Source: Phoronis australis (taxonomy: Eukaryota; Animalia; Phoronida). From it: a stretch of 64,000 nt of DNA. Position numbers and translations under genes: made by a program. Below, one piece after another: positions 35,991-49,364 of the stretch. The stretch is from assembly GCA_002633005.1 (NCBI GenBank), contig NMRA01000295.1:376240-440239 (forward strand), written 5' to 3'. Numbering within the stretch: position 1 is the first letter of the stretch; every line of letters starts with the position of its first letter. Under the pieces are notes generated by a model. It ran no database searches, was not told the DNA's origin, and saw nothing but the letters and a program-made list of their open reading frames with translations.

Positions 35991-38599
35991 TTGCTACTTG
36001 TTATCGTGGAAATTATTATTTAGTGCTTGGAAAGAACTGTCAGTTGGCAATTACTTGAGATCTCATGAAGTTGATTTGTCACGGCGTGTCATTTTATGCG
36101 CAGGACATGGTCTCGAGGAATAACGAACTGTTCACGCGAGTAAGGAACAAACTGAGACATATTTTTAGCAGTAAATAATGCCAATCACAAGCTCGCCTCT
36201 TGGATGAAACACGGGTTTATAGTCGATTTAGAGGTTGATTACTCTAAGAATTTTGAAGTTGATACTTGCACGTATAGCGGTCCGTATCGAAATTAAACCG
36301 GTACGAATCGATATTTGATATTACATGGAAAATTGTTCAAAATGCGAAAGATTTTGGCATGACGTATTGACGAACTTGTGTTCCGGAAACTGACGAATAG
36401 TTACTGTACGATTCACACGGATGTTTGGACCTTGGCTATTTTCATAGAATCAAATCATCTCTCGGGGACGGGAGAACAGCAGTCAGAACCGGAAATCATG
36501 CGATTGTCAAACCTGAGAAGGCGTTGAACTCGCCTGGGTCACCCTGTGATAACGTGATTAAACGTGAGTTAACATTACAGTTTACACGAGGAAGCAGAAA
36601 AGGGGTTGAGAATGACGTCACGCACGTGTTTTAGAGGTACTATAGGTGGATAGTTATGAACCTTAATCGTTATCTACCAAATCCCTTTGTTGCAATGGTT
36701 AAACATGTGAAACATCTTCGGGGAATAATTTTAGGCTACGGATACGCGAGGTGCTTCGGGTAATGTGTGGGATTCGTCTTAATTTGCGAGATGCCTTACG
36801 TGTTTACTAGCTAGGTCATCGTTAAAATCATTAAAACAAAATCGTAGCGTGTTTCATTAGTTTAAATAGGTTTTCAATCTGATAAGTACGAATACTAGAC
36901 GTATGCTTGATCAACGCCCTGTCGATCCGGACCCACGAAAAGTTTGATCGATGAATGAATAACTAATGAATGAATGATTGTATTCCCGATGTCTATTGGT
37001 CTTAACTGTTAAGATTTGGCTAGTACTTCAGTTCTGAACATCATATTTCAGTAGCCGGTGAAGAAATTCTAAGATTTATACACGAACGGCTGCGAACACC
37101 GAGCGAACGATTTTTTAACTCTTTCGGATTCTTCAAGGCGATCGTACGAGATTCCCGCCTTCGTGGACCTTTCTTAAGATTCGCAGCCAGGTCAGTGGTC
37201 TTGTCCCAAATACTTACGAAAGTGATACTAAAACCAAACCCCCTATACAGGTCGGCCGAGTGCCTTACCGAATATGTAAGACTTCCGCAGGATGTTCGTG
37301 GGTTATTAAGGGTCAAAGGGCAAGTCCACAACCTCAAAATCCCAGGGTGATCGTAAGTGGGATCCAAGAAGTTCTTGAGGGTACCTCATGTTGTTAGCTA
37401 CCAGAAACGACTTATAGCCGGCATGACTCGTTCACGTGAGCGTCTTTCGGCGTTGTTAACTTGTTCGTGAAGTCGAATTACAGAGTTCGTGCAGTTGTTA
37501 CATTCTTAGAGGTCACGCCTCAGAAACTCTTTTCGTTTGCTAGATTTTCATGATAAAAACCTTAGACACGTGACCCGAAAGGGAAGGGGATGGCACCAAC
37601 TCATTCAGAAGCCATTCGTTGAGACAAAGTTTTCAAGAAAATACGGCAGGTTTCTAAATCCACCCTACAAAATTTACCCCACCACGTAACCTTTGTCTCC
37701 CTGCGAGCGCCAGGAGTTGCAGGTGGGGGCGCTGTCATACAGTCAATCAAGGGGTAAAAACGCAAAGTGGCCGGAAGTATACCGCAAGCAGATTTCAAGA
37801 TACCATTACAAAGAACGTCATAACTCTAGGACGATCGCATGATCGAACAGCACTTTATTTTCTTAAGGATGTCTCAAGTTCCTCTTATGAATTGAACGGC
37901 AGCCATGCCATGTTACTAAGCAGGACATAGAATCTCAGCTCTCTCTGCGAAGGTCGGCAAACATCGATTTCTTAAATGTTCCACTTTTGAGTGCAGTGTG
38001 ATCAAAATATTTTTTTTTTTGATTTCGATGAAAATGTGCTCGAGTTGCATAAATCGAAAACGAGTCGACCATTTAGGACATTAAAACGGTGCGATTCCTA
38101 TCGTAAGAAATTCGGCCATGTCTTTGATACCATTGTTTCGCTACATGTACATTTCGTATGTTGCTTACTTTTTATAAAACTACTCGCTCATGTGACTAAA
38201 TTCTATTTTTAATATTTTACTTGTTGAAAGCCATAGTTTTGTAGATTTTTTACTAAATCCACCGACATACCTATACGCGTACACATAGGTGTTGCTATCA
38301 ATCGTAATTATGGAGTTTGTGTTATTACGTTGTATTAGCAATAGATTTGAAAAGTAATGATAAAATAGTAGACGACGTTCTATTGATGTAACCTAAGTGG
38401 ATGTCAGTTTCTAGAAAACGTGAATTCAATTTTCAAAGGACTTTGAAAATAAAGGCGAGCAAGCCAGTATAATATTGCATTAGTATAACCAGATGGTAGG
38501 CTAGAATTTGTTAAACAACATGGCTGTTGAGGAAAGATTTTTTTATTCCATTTACCTGGTTCTGTGAACAAAGTAGTTCCCTGTGTAACTGAATTCTGT

Positions 38600-38697
38600 A
38601 AAGTTAAACTTTAAATCTTACTAACTACCAATTACAGCAAAGTTGAACTTTAAATCTTACTAACTACCAATTACCGCAAAGTTGAACTTTAAATCTT
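38600..38697. repeat. 39-bp tandem repeat, 2.5 copies
   Basis: AAAGTTRAACTTTAAATCTTACTAACTACCAATTACMGC at 38600, 38639 and 38678. Confidence 0.9.
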
Positions 38698-39626
38698 CCG
38701 ATACTCTACGATGAGATAACAATGGTCTTCCCTGACATCCACTAATTTCTGTCGGAAATTATGCGCCAGTTCACCGAGCTTTGAAAAGGGGAACAATCGG
38801 TTTTAGCGGGAAAACGCACTTTTGGGAACTTCATTGTTGGGCTAGGATAGCCTTCTTGGAGTTATGTTTGGTCTATACAGCAGATGGTGGATTCCAGACA
38901 TTGGTTAATTTAGTTGAATACTCTTAAAGTAGTAGCTTCTAGCTGAGCAACCAATGTGACAGACGGAGACCGCTGAGGTCGCCGAGATAGAACCTATCTC
39001 AGCCTTAGGGCTGGTGTCGAACAGCATACATAGTTTTGTCGCCGATAACGCCACGATATCTGCTTTCACGATGACGAATTTCGATGTTGTTAAGGTTAGG
39101 AGGGAAATGACACGGCCTATAATAATGCGTGTAACGATAACGAGGTCGTAATTGTCTTCTTGTCGTACATGTCACCGTGTGAGTCTTTCATTTGTCATCG
39201 TTTCCACTGAGAACAAAGCCGGCGGAGAATTAATTAGTATGTCTCTCGTAAATAAGTATTTATGCAATTACCGTCGTATCCCTTAAAATATGGATGTCGT
39301 TTTAGAACAATGACGCAAATGAATGAGCGAGCGTGCACCCTGTCGTGAAAAGAAACTCACTAATTAGTCAACGAAACGTCACGCTTGTTAGCAATTAACA
39401 GAAAACTTTGTAAAAAATCAACAAAGGAAGTAAAACGCCAGAACACTTCACCAATTTCTAACACGCAATGCAGCGATCTCTCAGTGCTTTTCTGCACTAG
39501 CGTCATTAACTGTGTTCTTGACTCCTCACATTGACTGCATTTGATTCGCTAGTCCGCTTGTTCAGGTGGACCAACCTGTTACGACATTTAATTGGTTCTC
39601 AGTGACGACTTCCGCTTTACAATACA

Positions 39627-39761
39627 TGTCTATGGAACACAGCCCCCAAGACACTCGCGAGAAAAGCTAAGTGTGGTTCGCCTGTAGTGCAGGACACAAT
39701 CTCACAAAGCCTTACGTGATCTTGCGTTTTCGTGAGTTTCTCGTGTCTATGGAACGCAGGC
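39627..39761 (-). repeat. Interspersed repeat fragment (GCGTTCCRTAGACAC family)
   Basis: TGTCTATGGAAC twice; reverse complement resembles GCGTTCCGTAGACACAAGACACTCGC at 19728-19753 and weaker motifs at ~53515-53718. Confidence 0.45.
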
Positions 39762-40994
39762 AAGATGTCCTACATGTAGCTGTTTAATCCGTCTGAACTT
39801 AAATTGCATATTAAATTACAACCAATATACATTTTCAATAGTCCATAATGAAGAAACATTCAATTCACGTTGTATACGCTATGGTCCCATTGTTTTCCTT
39901 CAAATTTCTCACAGTTGCTCTTCCAGTAAATCACAGCAAATTATATTGAATGCAAACTACTCTGTGTCAAAATGTGCAATCGCCACCATTTACCGACGTT
40001 GAAGGCTCCGTTGAGTGAGTTCTAGTTTAGACTTGAGAATATTTAGCATTAAATGACTGTTCAGTTGAGCTCATTTTTATTTTTATGCTGACCCTGGTGA
40101 CGATTTTGTGAGTAAATCTAAACTTCTTAGCACTTGTTTTGTGATGTACTGTATCCTAAAACATCACTGCGGACCCCATTATCCCCAGTACCCTTCATAA
40201 ACTAATTTATGAAGAAATACTGAAGCCATTTGGTGGGCTTCATTAAACGCTGTGTTTGCACAAATGTGCCATGTAAGAGAATATTTGGACCTAAACTGTT
40301 TGTGTTTCTCGAAAAAAATACTCAGGGCTTTTGCCGGAATAATCTGTACGTTATTAATGTCATACAGCTGTCATGTCTACTGTTTCGATTTCCTTGAACA
40401 GCTAAATTGTCATTGTGGTCAGCACATGCGATGTGTGATTGGCAAGCTGAATCAACTGTGCAAGTGTTGCCGGGGTGATACAGCTGCAAGGAACAAAAAT
40501 ACTTGTTTACGTAACGAAGCGTGTATAGGCTACCCGAACAAACACATTTCTTTCATTATGAACACAGCTCACGCGCCCGGTGGCAAGCTTGGTTCATCGA
40601 CTCGCTACCGACACTCAAGGCATTTGCGGGACTCAAAAAACACGGCCTGTGCACACTCCATAAACGTTTTTGTGATTCGGTGAATAGAGTTTTCGGGTCA
40701 GAGATCGTGAACGGAGAAACTGTGTTGATGAGTGCGGCAGCCGTGTTGTTCGAGTAGCCTAGTTATGTGTTGGTATTACGTGGCACATGCGCATTACGTA
40801 GGCCTTTGCACGGCGTACGGCTTGGTGAATTTGCTACATCTTTCTGGGGTTCCAATTACTATTTACAAATTTGCGTGTTAAATAAACACATAATGTGCTG
40901 GATTTTCACTGTTAAGACTCTAATAAACTTTGTTTCGGAATACAAGGAACGCCGGTAACGAATACATGTAGTAGTACAGCAAGTTTCCAAAATG

Positions 40995-42290
40995 AAAGCG
41001 CTCGGAGGAACGACACTTGGCGAAATTGAATGAAAAGACGACGACGGAGATGATGATGGCAATGGAACAGTGTCATCAGAAAATTCGAAATGAGACGTCC
41101 TAGCGAAAAATGAAAAACAACTTCTGAAAGCCCGTTCAAAACTCTATTTAATAGAGGTTGTGTGTGAGTTTTGTGCGAATCGGACGAAAAATGCGACCTG
41201 TAGAGCGCGAACAAACGAGAGCGCTCGGAGGAGCGACACTTAGCGAAATTACGCGAAAACAGGACGATGGGGGGGGACGACGACGACGATCATGACGATG
41301 AAGGGGGAGATTATGAACAACACGATAACATTCATTTGACTAGCGAATAAATCAGTAAGAAATACCCTGCAGTCTTGTTCACGCACCCGGTAAACTGGCA
41401 ACAGTGCGAGAGCGCTCGGAGGAACGACACTTGGCGAAATTACGTGAAAACAGGACGACGATCATGACGACTAGCGAGAAATGAAAAATATCTTATGAAA
41501 GCCCGTTTAAAACTCTACCGAACTGTACAGATTTCTGATCGGTTAATGTACATGGCAAGAAAATCCCGGCACACAAACTATTTGCAAAAAAACGCCAAAT
41601 TTGACAATTTTCTCCCCGAAATAACCACTTCTCTGCAAGTGCTAGAAAAAGTCTGACTAAAGATTCAGAATGCTCGTCCTCATTAGATTCTAACTATGTG
41701 GTCATAGTAAGCCTGTTACCAGCTACTTTTTTGGCAAATTTGATCTGTCTGACAGCCACCTGAAGTCGCACCCGGTTTCTCGGACAGCAAACGACAGGGG
41801 TTGATAGCAAATGACAGCCACCAGTTTGCATCAAAAGTAGGTAAAACTTGGCTTTTCTCATTCAAAAACACAAGTAAATAAGTTTCCTTGCAATTGTTGT
41901 CAACAATTTCCTCAAACCACGCGCCAAACCTGACACACGCCCTCAACATAAATTTTAGGGACTAGAAAATGCTCCGTGGCCGCGGCCTGACTGTTCAGTG
42001 CTACCTACAGTCTTGAGCGACAACAGGCAAAATTAACGACGATGATGATTGTGATGATGAAGGTGGCGATGATGAACAACATCATAAAATTCATACGACG
42101 AACTTAAATGTCATAAATTAGTAAGAAGTAAGCTACAGTCTTGTTCAAATAAACTAAACCAACATCAATGCAGTAAGAGCGCTCAACAAAGGAACAGCGC
42201 TATCAGAAAATCTCAAATAATTCGAAAAGTAGACGTCCTAGCGAAAAATGGAAAACTTTTTCTAAAAGCCCGTTCCAAACTCTATTTCAA
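40995..42290 (+). repeat. Complex degenerate modular repeat
   Basis: AGCGCTCGGAGGARCGACACTTRGCGAAATT at ~40998, 41220, 41411; CTAGCGAAAAATG..AAAGCCCGTT..AAACTCTA at ~41100, 41471, 42238; GAY-rich tracts and ACAGTCTTGTTCA-type motif repeated. Confidence 0.75.
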
Positions 42291-45200
42291 TTGATAGTTT
42301 CGCAACATTCCATAATTTTTTCGAAAAAAATTGTAATTTTGCGTTTTTTGAAATTCAAAGTCAAATAACTCGAAAACGGTAAGTCTGAGAAAAACGTTAT
42401 CCTAAAACTTTTGTCGGAATTCAAAGGATTCCGCCAAGTAAAAACAAAAAACCTAGTGTCAGAGCAGCATACTTGGCGAAAAAAATTCGCCAAGTAACTA
42501 GCAAATCAGACTTATATCACCCAATATAAGTTTAGACTGAAAACTGAAAGGGAAGGGCGTCAATGATAAGGGCAGTCGAAAAATTTGAAGGACGGACCTT
42601 CAAATGAGAAGGACGGGTCAAAAATGCAAAAAACGGGATGGTCGTGGTAAGCACGGATAGTTGTCAACGAGCGTTTTACGTGGGATCAAAGGGCATGCCC
42701 CTTTTAAAGCCAAGACCAGATTAAACACAGCCTGGACGCCATCTGTAAGGCTTGCAATGAACCCCCCCCCCATTTCTACTCCTTAATAGTAGCTAATAAC
42801 GATGTCCTCCTGAAAAACTGCTGTTCACTGCAAGTTGATTTCAGATCAAATAATTGCGATACTTTTACAGTCCCTTTCTGCCCGTTTATCGTCTACCCTT
42901 CGCATTTCTGGGTCCGTTTTTACATCGCAAAGTTTGCTCATCTCATCTGCAGTTAGAGTTTCACATTAAACTCAGATGACAGTAGCCGCGAAAGTGTGGT
43001 GTTTTGCGTTTATTAGCAATCGCGTAATCTACACTATTCCGAATCGGACACCTCATGCAAAAACCGTCACTGAAAATGTATTCGACACACAATTCATTAT
43101 TGTTTAATCTTCGGCGAAATCTGAATAAGAACTTGTTATTTTTATGTAAGGACGCCAAGATTGAGGAATTTCCCTCTGTGTGTGATTAAAGCAACTCTTA
43201 CGTGGTTCGACACAACCACACCAAAGTGTCATATGTCGTTCAGTCGAACGCTTGCATCCCAGGGTAGGCTCATAAACCGATTTAATGAAAAATGCACTTT
43301 TGATTTGATGTTATAATAATGCTCTTGCAAACACGAGATCTCCTGTAATCCGCTGATATTGATATGCCGAGTAAAACTGTCGTTGTGAACTTGTGGACAC
43401 TTCAGCTAAGTCCATGAAATGAGCGAATCCATGATTAGATGACATGTCCGTGATTAAATAGAAAAGAGTCGTAATTGGACAACGTTGCGAAACTCCCTCT
43501 AATTACGCTTCACCAAGGAGAATTCAGTTAGCGAGTACAGTGACAGCTATCGTTACAGGGGTTATTTTTCATTCAACGACTGTCAACTATGGCCGCTTAG
43601 GAGGCCAGTTATTACATATCAAGGGAGTCACGCAGTGTGGTCATTAAAGAGGGTTAAATAACGCATGCTTTCGACTGGCATGAGTCGTCAGACATTACTT
43701 CCTTTAGATAATGCGCAGTTTTTACCTAAATCCTTAGCCAAAGTAAACAAAAACGCAAGAAGAACGCGAAACATTAGTCCTTGTACAATTCACATTTAAT
43801 TTTGTATTTATTCTCCCAAAGCATTAAGATCGCCTGCAAACTACTCACTCTAGGATTTGCGATTAATTGGGTCACGTGATCATGTCTTAGTGAAGTTTAT
43901 CGAAAAAACAAAGGTACAACCATGCCAAAGCAATAGTATCAATGGCACAAAATAATCATAATTTTTGATGTTATTATTCAATGTGAAATCTGACAAACGC
44001 TATCACAGTTTTCTCTGGTATATCATGTTCATTTCCTTTCATGCAATTTCACTTTGTCATAAATCATTAAAGTCATGCTTTTTGGTAGCCCCTAATGCAT
44101 AAGTGGGCCATCTTGAAATAATTTCTGAGAGCGTGTCAGAGAACAGTGCAGTATAGCATCTGACAGTTTCATTTGGATCCGATCAGGCAATTCTGAGATA
44201 TGGTGTTCTGAAATTAGAATATTTTTCTAGTGTCTTACACGATAACCTTCAAATGAATGTTTTCGATTGACTTATATCTTTNTACAGTACGAAGTAGATT
44301 TGTCTATTGAAGCTCAAAAGGATTATCGGAATGAATCCAAAATAGAAAAACAGGACCTGCTGAATATATGTGCTAGGCTACCATACTGCGTTATGGTATA
44401 AACGTTCAAATACACTCAAATATAAAACCCGCATGAGGTCATACATATTTTACATCAGTTTCTCATCCAGCAGTTGTTTCGTCGGCGTCAACGGGAATCG
44501 GCTATATCCATAGCTTATTACGCACCTAGCCTAGGTCTTTTCGGCGAATTAAAGCGCCATCTTTTAACAAACTGCACGTGATTGGTTCCTGCTCATTGAG
44601 CTACACTAATATGACCTTGACATTTAAAGTTGTTTGCTCGTCTCATTGGTCCACGAATCTTACATGAAATAGGAAATAAACGATACTCCCCACATATATC
44701 TCCTTGCCATGTTGATATATTCTATTGATCTGTTCAACAGATCACTTCCGGAGATCTCTCGGATCGCGACCATTTATTATTTTCACCTAAGAAGTCCCCA
44801 CGGACTTGTGGATTACTGTGAGCTGTATTATTACGAGCAGTACAGGCTATTCGGTACTTAAGGTTTTTATTGACTCGTGGGGTGCGCACTTGAAAAACGT
44901 GATGTTGGATGTATGCATCAGTTTTCAAAATAATCTGGCCAACGTCGAAATTTAAAATTTTTCAGTTCTCAAAACCACGACGAATTATCCATTTCTAGTC
45001 TAGAAGCCGTTTTAGTTATCGCTAAATCTCGACAGGTAATAACTTACTGCAAAAGTCAATTCATGTTTAAAAGTAATAATGTGCAGGCGCAAGAATGTCA
45101 CGTTAAACGCTGACTTAAGTTTGAAAAAACTCTATTTTAATGCAAAAAAGTATTCGTCTAAACCTCCCAATAATTCTATTTTCAAAACTACTGCAGCGAA

Positions 45201-48200
45201 TTTCTTATGAAAGCCGGTTTTTGTGACCGTTTGAAATAGGAAAGTGTGAAGGCATAGCCCAAAGAAGTGTTGTGTCTATGAAACGGAAGTCAGTTGTTTC
45301 CAGGCGAATCCTTCCCTTCGTAAGCTTTGTCAACTGTTGCCTCGTATATTTAGGCTCTCTTATTGGTCATTTCTTCATCACGCTCATCCGGGACTCTCCG
45401 ACTATAGTGCACAAGAGTGATAGAAACGTGAAGTTTTATCAACACATAGCATCTTTTGAATGAGTTTCAGGCATATCTCCGATATTATAGGCGTACTCTG
45501 ACCTAATAACATTTATCTTTTGGCTAAACAAATTGATGCAGATTTCTGGAACTCCTTGTAAGTTTTCGATAAGCAAATGCCGTCGACGAGACTTGTTCGA
45601 CTGCCAAACATCTAGCTTATCAAGAACTACCAAACAACATGTCGTGGAAATCGACGACGTTTGATGAGACCGCCAAAAAGTTGCTCAAAGAATCGTTTCA
45701 AACCGAGATTGAAGGCTATAAACTTGTCATTTGCCTTTCTATATTTTGAATTTTGCTTTGCATTTGCTCTCCTAAAAACCTGGTTGCCGTGGACGAGTGA
45801 CGAATGACTGCGAGATTGGCCTAGGAAACCCCGGCCCAAGATAACCACCCGAAAACCTCTGTTGCCGTATAAATTTAAAGTGAGGGGAGCAACAAAATTA
45901 ATCCGGTTATCAAATGCACGAATCGCCTCTTTTACAATGCTTTTAGTACTCAGCATGACGTTTTTGTCTGAAAATACTAGCAGACCGTAACTCTGATCAA
46001 ACATGAGCAATACATGTCTATTGTGTGCTAGTGTGAGTTACGAAGTAAATGTATGCGAATGAAACTATATTTGATTACCGCGCCATCTATACATCAACGG
46101 AATCCCTAGATACGCATGTGGGAATTTCCTATCAGTATGCGTTGACGTCATTTTCAAAGCAAAATTACGCCGTTGGTGTAGGTCATTAAGCAGAGAAACT
46201 GGTTACATTTTGTGGAAAATGGTCTACTTTTTCTAATGGCAATAATCGTTTTGTTGTTAGTCAAGCAGTGTCTCTGAAATTGCTTTCGGTAAATAATCGA
46301 AAACCTTTGTATAGCCATTTGACCTTTACCGGTTGTTTTCACGTTATCTACATAAAAGCGTATTAAGACTTAACAACATTCGAATACACCATGCAAATGC
46401 GCAAGACCGATAGTCGCGTGTGCCTACGAGTGCAGCTCATCGTTTTACTTTTAATATTTTGTTGTCTTATCCGTCAGTAGCTGCACGACATTTCAACATC
46501 TATTTTATTTATTTATATTGAAGAAAACGAATTAGCTGTTCAGTCCTTTCGCGGTCACTGTGACTGGTCGTCAGAAAACGTAAAACGTTTTCGTTGCATA
46601 CACTGTGGGCGCATGGTATAGCAAAGCGTAAGATTTGTCTATACACACTATTTCATTGGATGTACAAGAATGTATTTTATTGACATGAATTCTCCGCTGA
46701 GTAGGCTGCGCAATTAGGTTTTCCAGATAATTTTAGCGACACGCTCTTTGCATCCGTTCCTGCGTCGTCGCATTTTTCTGAAGGATTTTGCGTGACCTTG
46801 ATTGTTAGCTAGGTTGTCGCGTCCAAGGAACGCATCCCCGATTATCATTTTATTCGTAATCGCACTGCCGAAGAGCATTAAATGAAGATGTCTTAAACCT
46901 TCTTCCTTATAACGTCAAACAATTTTTTTTCGTTTTTTAGTGTGTTCTTAATCATTCGTTCTTTGTCAACAACATATTAACGTCGCTTAGTGGGATATTT
47001 GTGATGTCTTTTGTAAAACAAAGGCGCGTCCATTGTTAGCCGAATGTACTGATATCACTGAGGAATTGGTCAACATTGGGCTAGCCATGTGACATAAATA
47101 GCGAAAATGCCCACTTTGTCTATGGCATCTCTGGTAAAAGTGTCCATGACGTGTTAAATATTATTTTGAAACATAAGCAGGAGAAACAGTATATCATGTG
47201 GTACCAAAGTACCCGCAAAACTTCAAGAGTGTGTAGTGCATTAGTTTATTGCAGTTACGAGCACGGAAAGCAAGAAACCAAAAGTTGGATACGATCTGTC
47301 TACACGTAATCGCAATAACAGGTTCGGTATCAATAAAGACGGTAAACAATCGAGTGCATAACGTTTTCCCCATATTGATTCGTTATATCCCATAGGAGTC
47401 ATAGAGTTTCATTCGATTTGAACACTTACTATCATAACAAGGAAATGCTCCTAATAAAGATTGACATCGAATAAGGAATTTAACTAAAGAGTTCACAAGT
47501 ACGCAAAATGGCTAATGGTATTGGCGGTCTCGTTTATAGTCGTGTATGACTTTCTGTTTTTGTCGTCTTAACACGGAAAACACGCATTCTTCTTTTGACT
47601 GGTCCATGTTTAAACACTCTGTTGTCTTTGTCAGTATCCTGCACGAGTTAGAATCAGCTCGTGATCCCGGGCTAAAGTAAACTCGACTTGAAGCAATTAT
47701 AATTCGCAAAGAAAATGATTTTTAAAAGTTAATGGTGTTGTTTCCTCCTTGCTTCCCGCCATTATTTCAACCAGTCATCATCATTTCTAAAATAGCACCA
47801 TACCAGCATGACCATGACACCAATCATCGTCGATGTCGTCGTCTTGTCGTTGTCAGATTAGTTCGAGATCTCTTTTGTAGTAGGGAGACCAAAATACGAC
47901 ACATCAAAATTCTACAATAAAACTGTATCGAGCCCCCTTCAGCATACGGCACACAACTCATAGAATTAAAACATGGAAAGTACCTTAAAATCAATAAACA
48001 CAGTTATGAAAAAGCGATGTTCAATGAGGTCTTTTAAGACATTAATAGTGTTGAAAATACCAAACGGAATTGGACAACACCGAGTTCTTTAGCGGTACAA
48101 AACAACGTAACAGTACTGCGTGCAGTGCGTCTCGTGGAAAGTCTCGCGAAAGCAGTGACGTAGCGTAGAGACTGTTCGACCAATAAAGGAGTGCCCAGGA

Positions 48201-49293
48201 ATTAAAAAGTGGACAAAAGCGTAAGAATGTCTTCAGCGTTAGTGCCATGGCGCTGCAGAAAACATGAGCGCTAACCATCGATACCAATTTCTCTCTCTCG
48301 CCACTAATTTCTCCTTTACCGTCGCCACTTAGGCTTCTCTGTATCCATGCATTAAGTGTCCGCCAGTATTTTATTCTCGCTTAGGAAAAAGATGTCCCCC
48401 TATCACCCACTTCATTCGCTTATGCATGGGCTGCGCAGCTAAAGCCCCCTCAGCCCCCCCCCCGTGGGTCACCACCTATAGACTATGTTATGATGGATGC
48501 GTGATTGTAAAGCAACCTCGTCGAGTATACTGAAGATATTGGAAAAAGCGCCACCTGAAGGCATTCCAAGGAGGCCCTTGGGAACATATTCCGAAAAACG
48601 CCCTTTAGTATTTCTTTTTCCACACATCACACTTTTCAAAATTCGTCATTAATATCTTAAAAAAAATTAAAAAATGTTATTTCACTCTTTCCAGTACCAT
48701 TTGAACTTTTTGAAAGATTCGTTGTTTATTGTTTTTGTTAAGCAGGCGGCGCGGCACTCGTATTACTGTCGCATATGTTTCGAGTTAACAATTGAGCTTG
48801 TCAAAGACTTTGAATCTTTCCATGTAACTGTTACGGTTTGATGTGCTTTGCTTTTTGCCGTGAATATGAGACGGCGTGACTTGCCGAAGTTAAATCGAGG
48901 AATAAAACACAATAACGGTTAACACAAATGGTACCAATAAGTACTGTTCTTTCATAGCTTGATCTACCCAAAATGCATATATTTCGTATATTTTTGTGTG
49001 TTAACTGTCTCCAGCCAAGTTCTGTTTCAGGAACTTGCTATGAAATGTGATATGATACGTCGCAATGATTTTTTTACTACTGTTTGCTACTCCTGCCCCC
49101 TGGTGATCTTTCATGACGTGTGTGTACATGTATGCTTTTTACAAAGATCTCAAAGTCTCGTTTCTGCTCATTGAGCTACACAGTTCAACGCAATTTGGAC
49201 ATATAGGCAGAAACAAAACTTTGTCTCGAGACGTATGAAGGAGGTCGTTTTGGTATCATTGCCTTAGGACGTGAAAAACCCTCGCACCCCAAT

Positions 49294-49364
49294 CATGGGC
49301 GGCGCACCATAGGGGGCTGGGGGGGCTATAGCTCCCCACTTTTTTCAGGGCTGCCCCGCCCATG
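49294..49364 (+). mobile_element. Short GC-rich MITE family B copy
   Basis: CATGGGCGGCGCACCATAGGGGGCTGG...CTGCCCCGCCCATG; the ends are inverted repeats. Confidence 0.68.
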
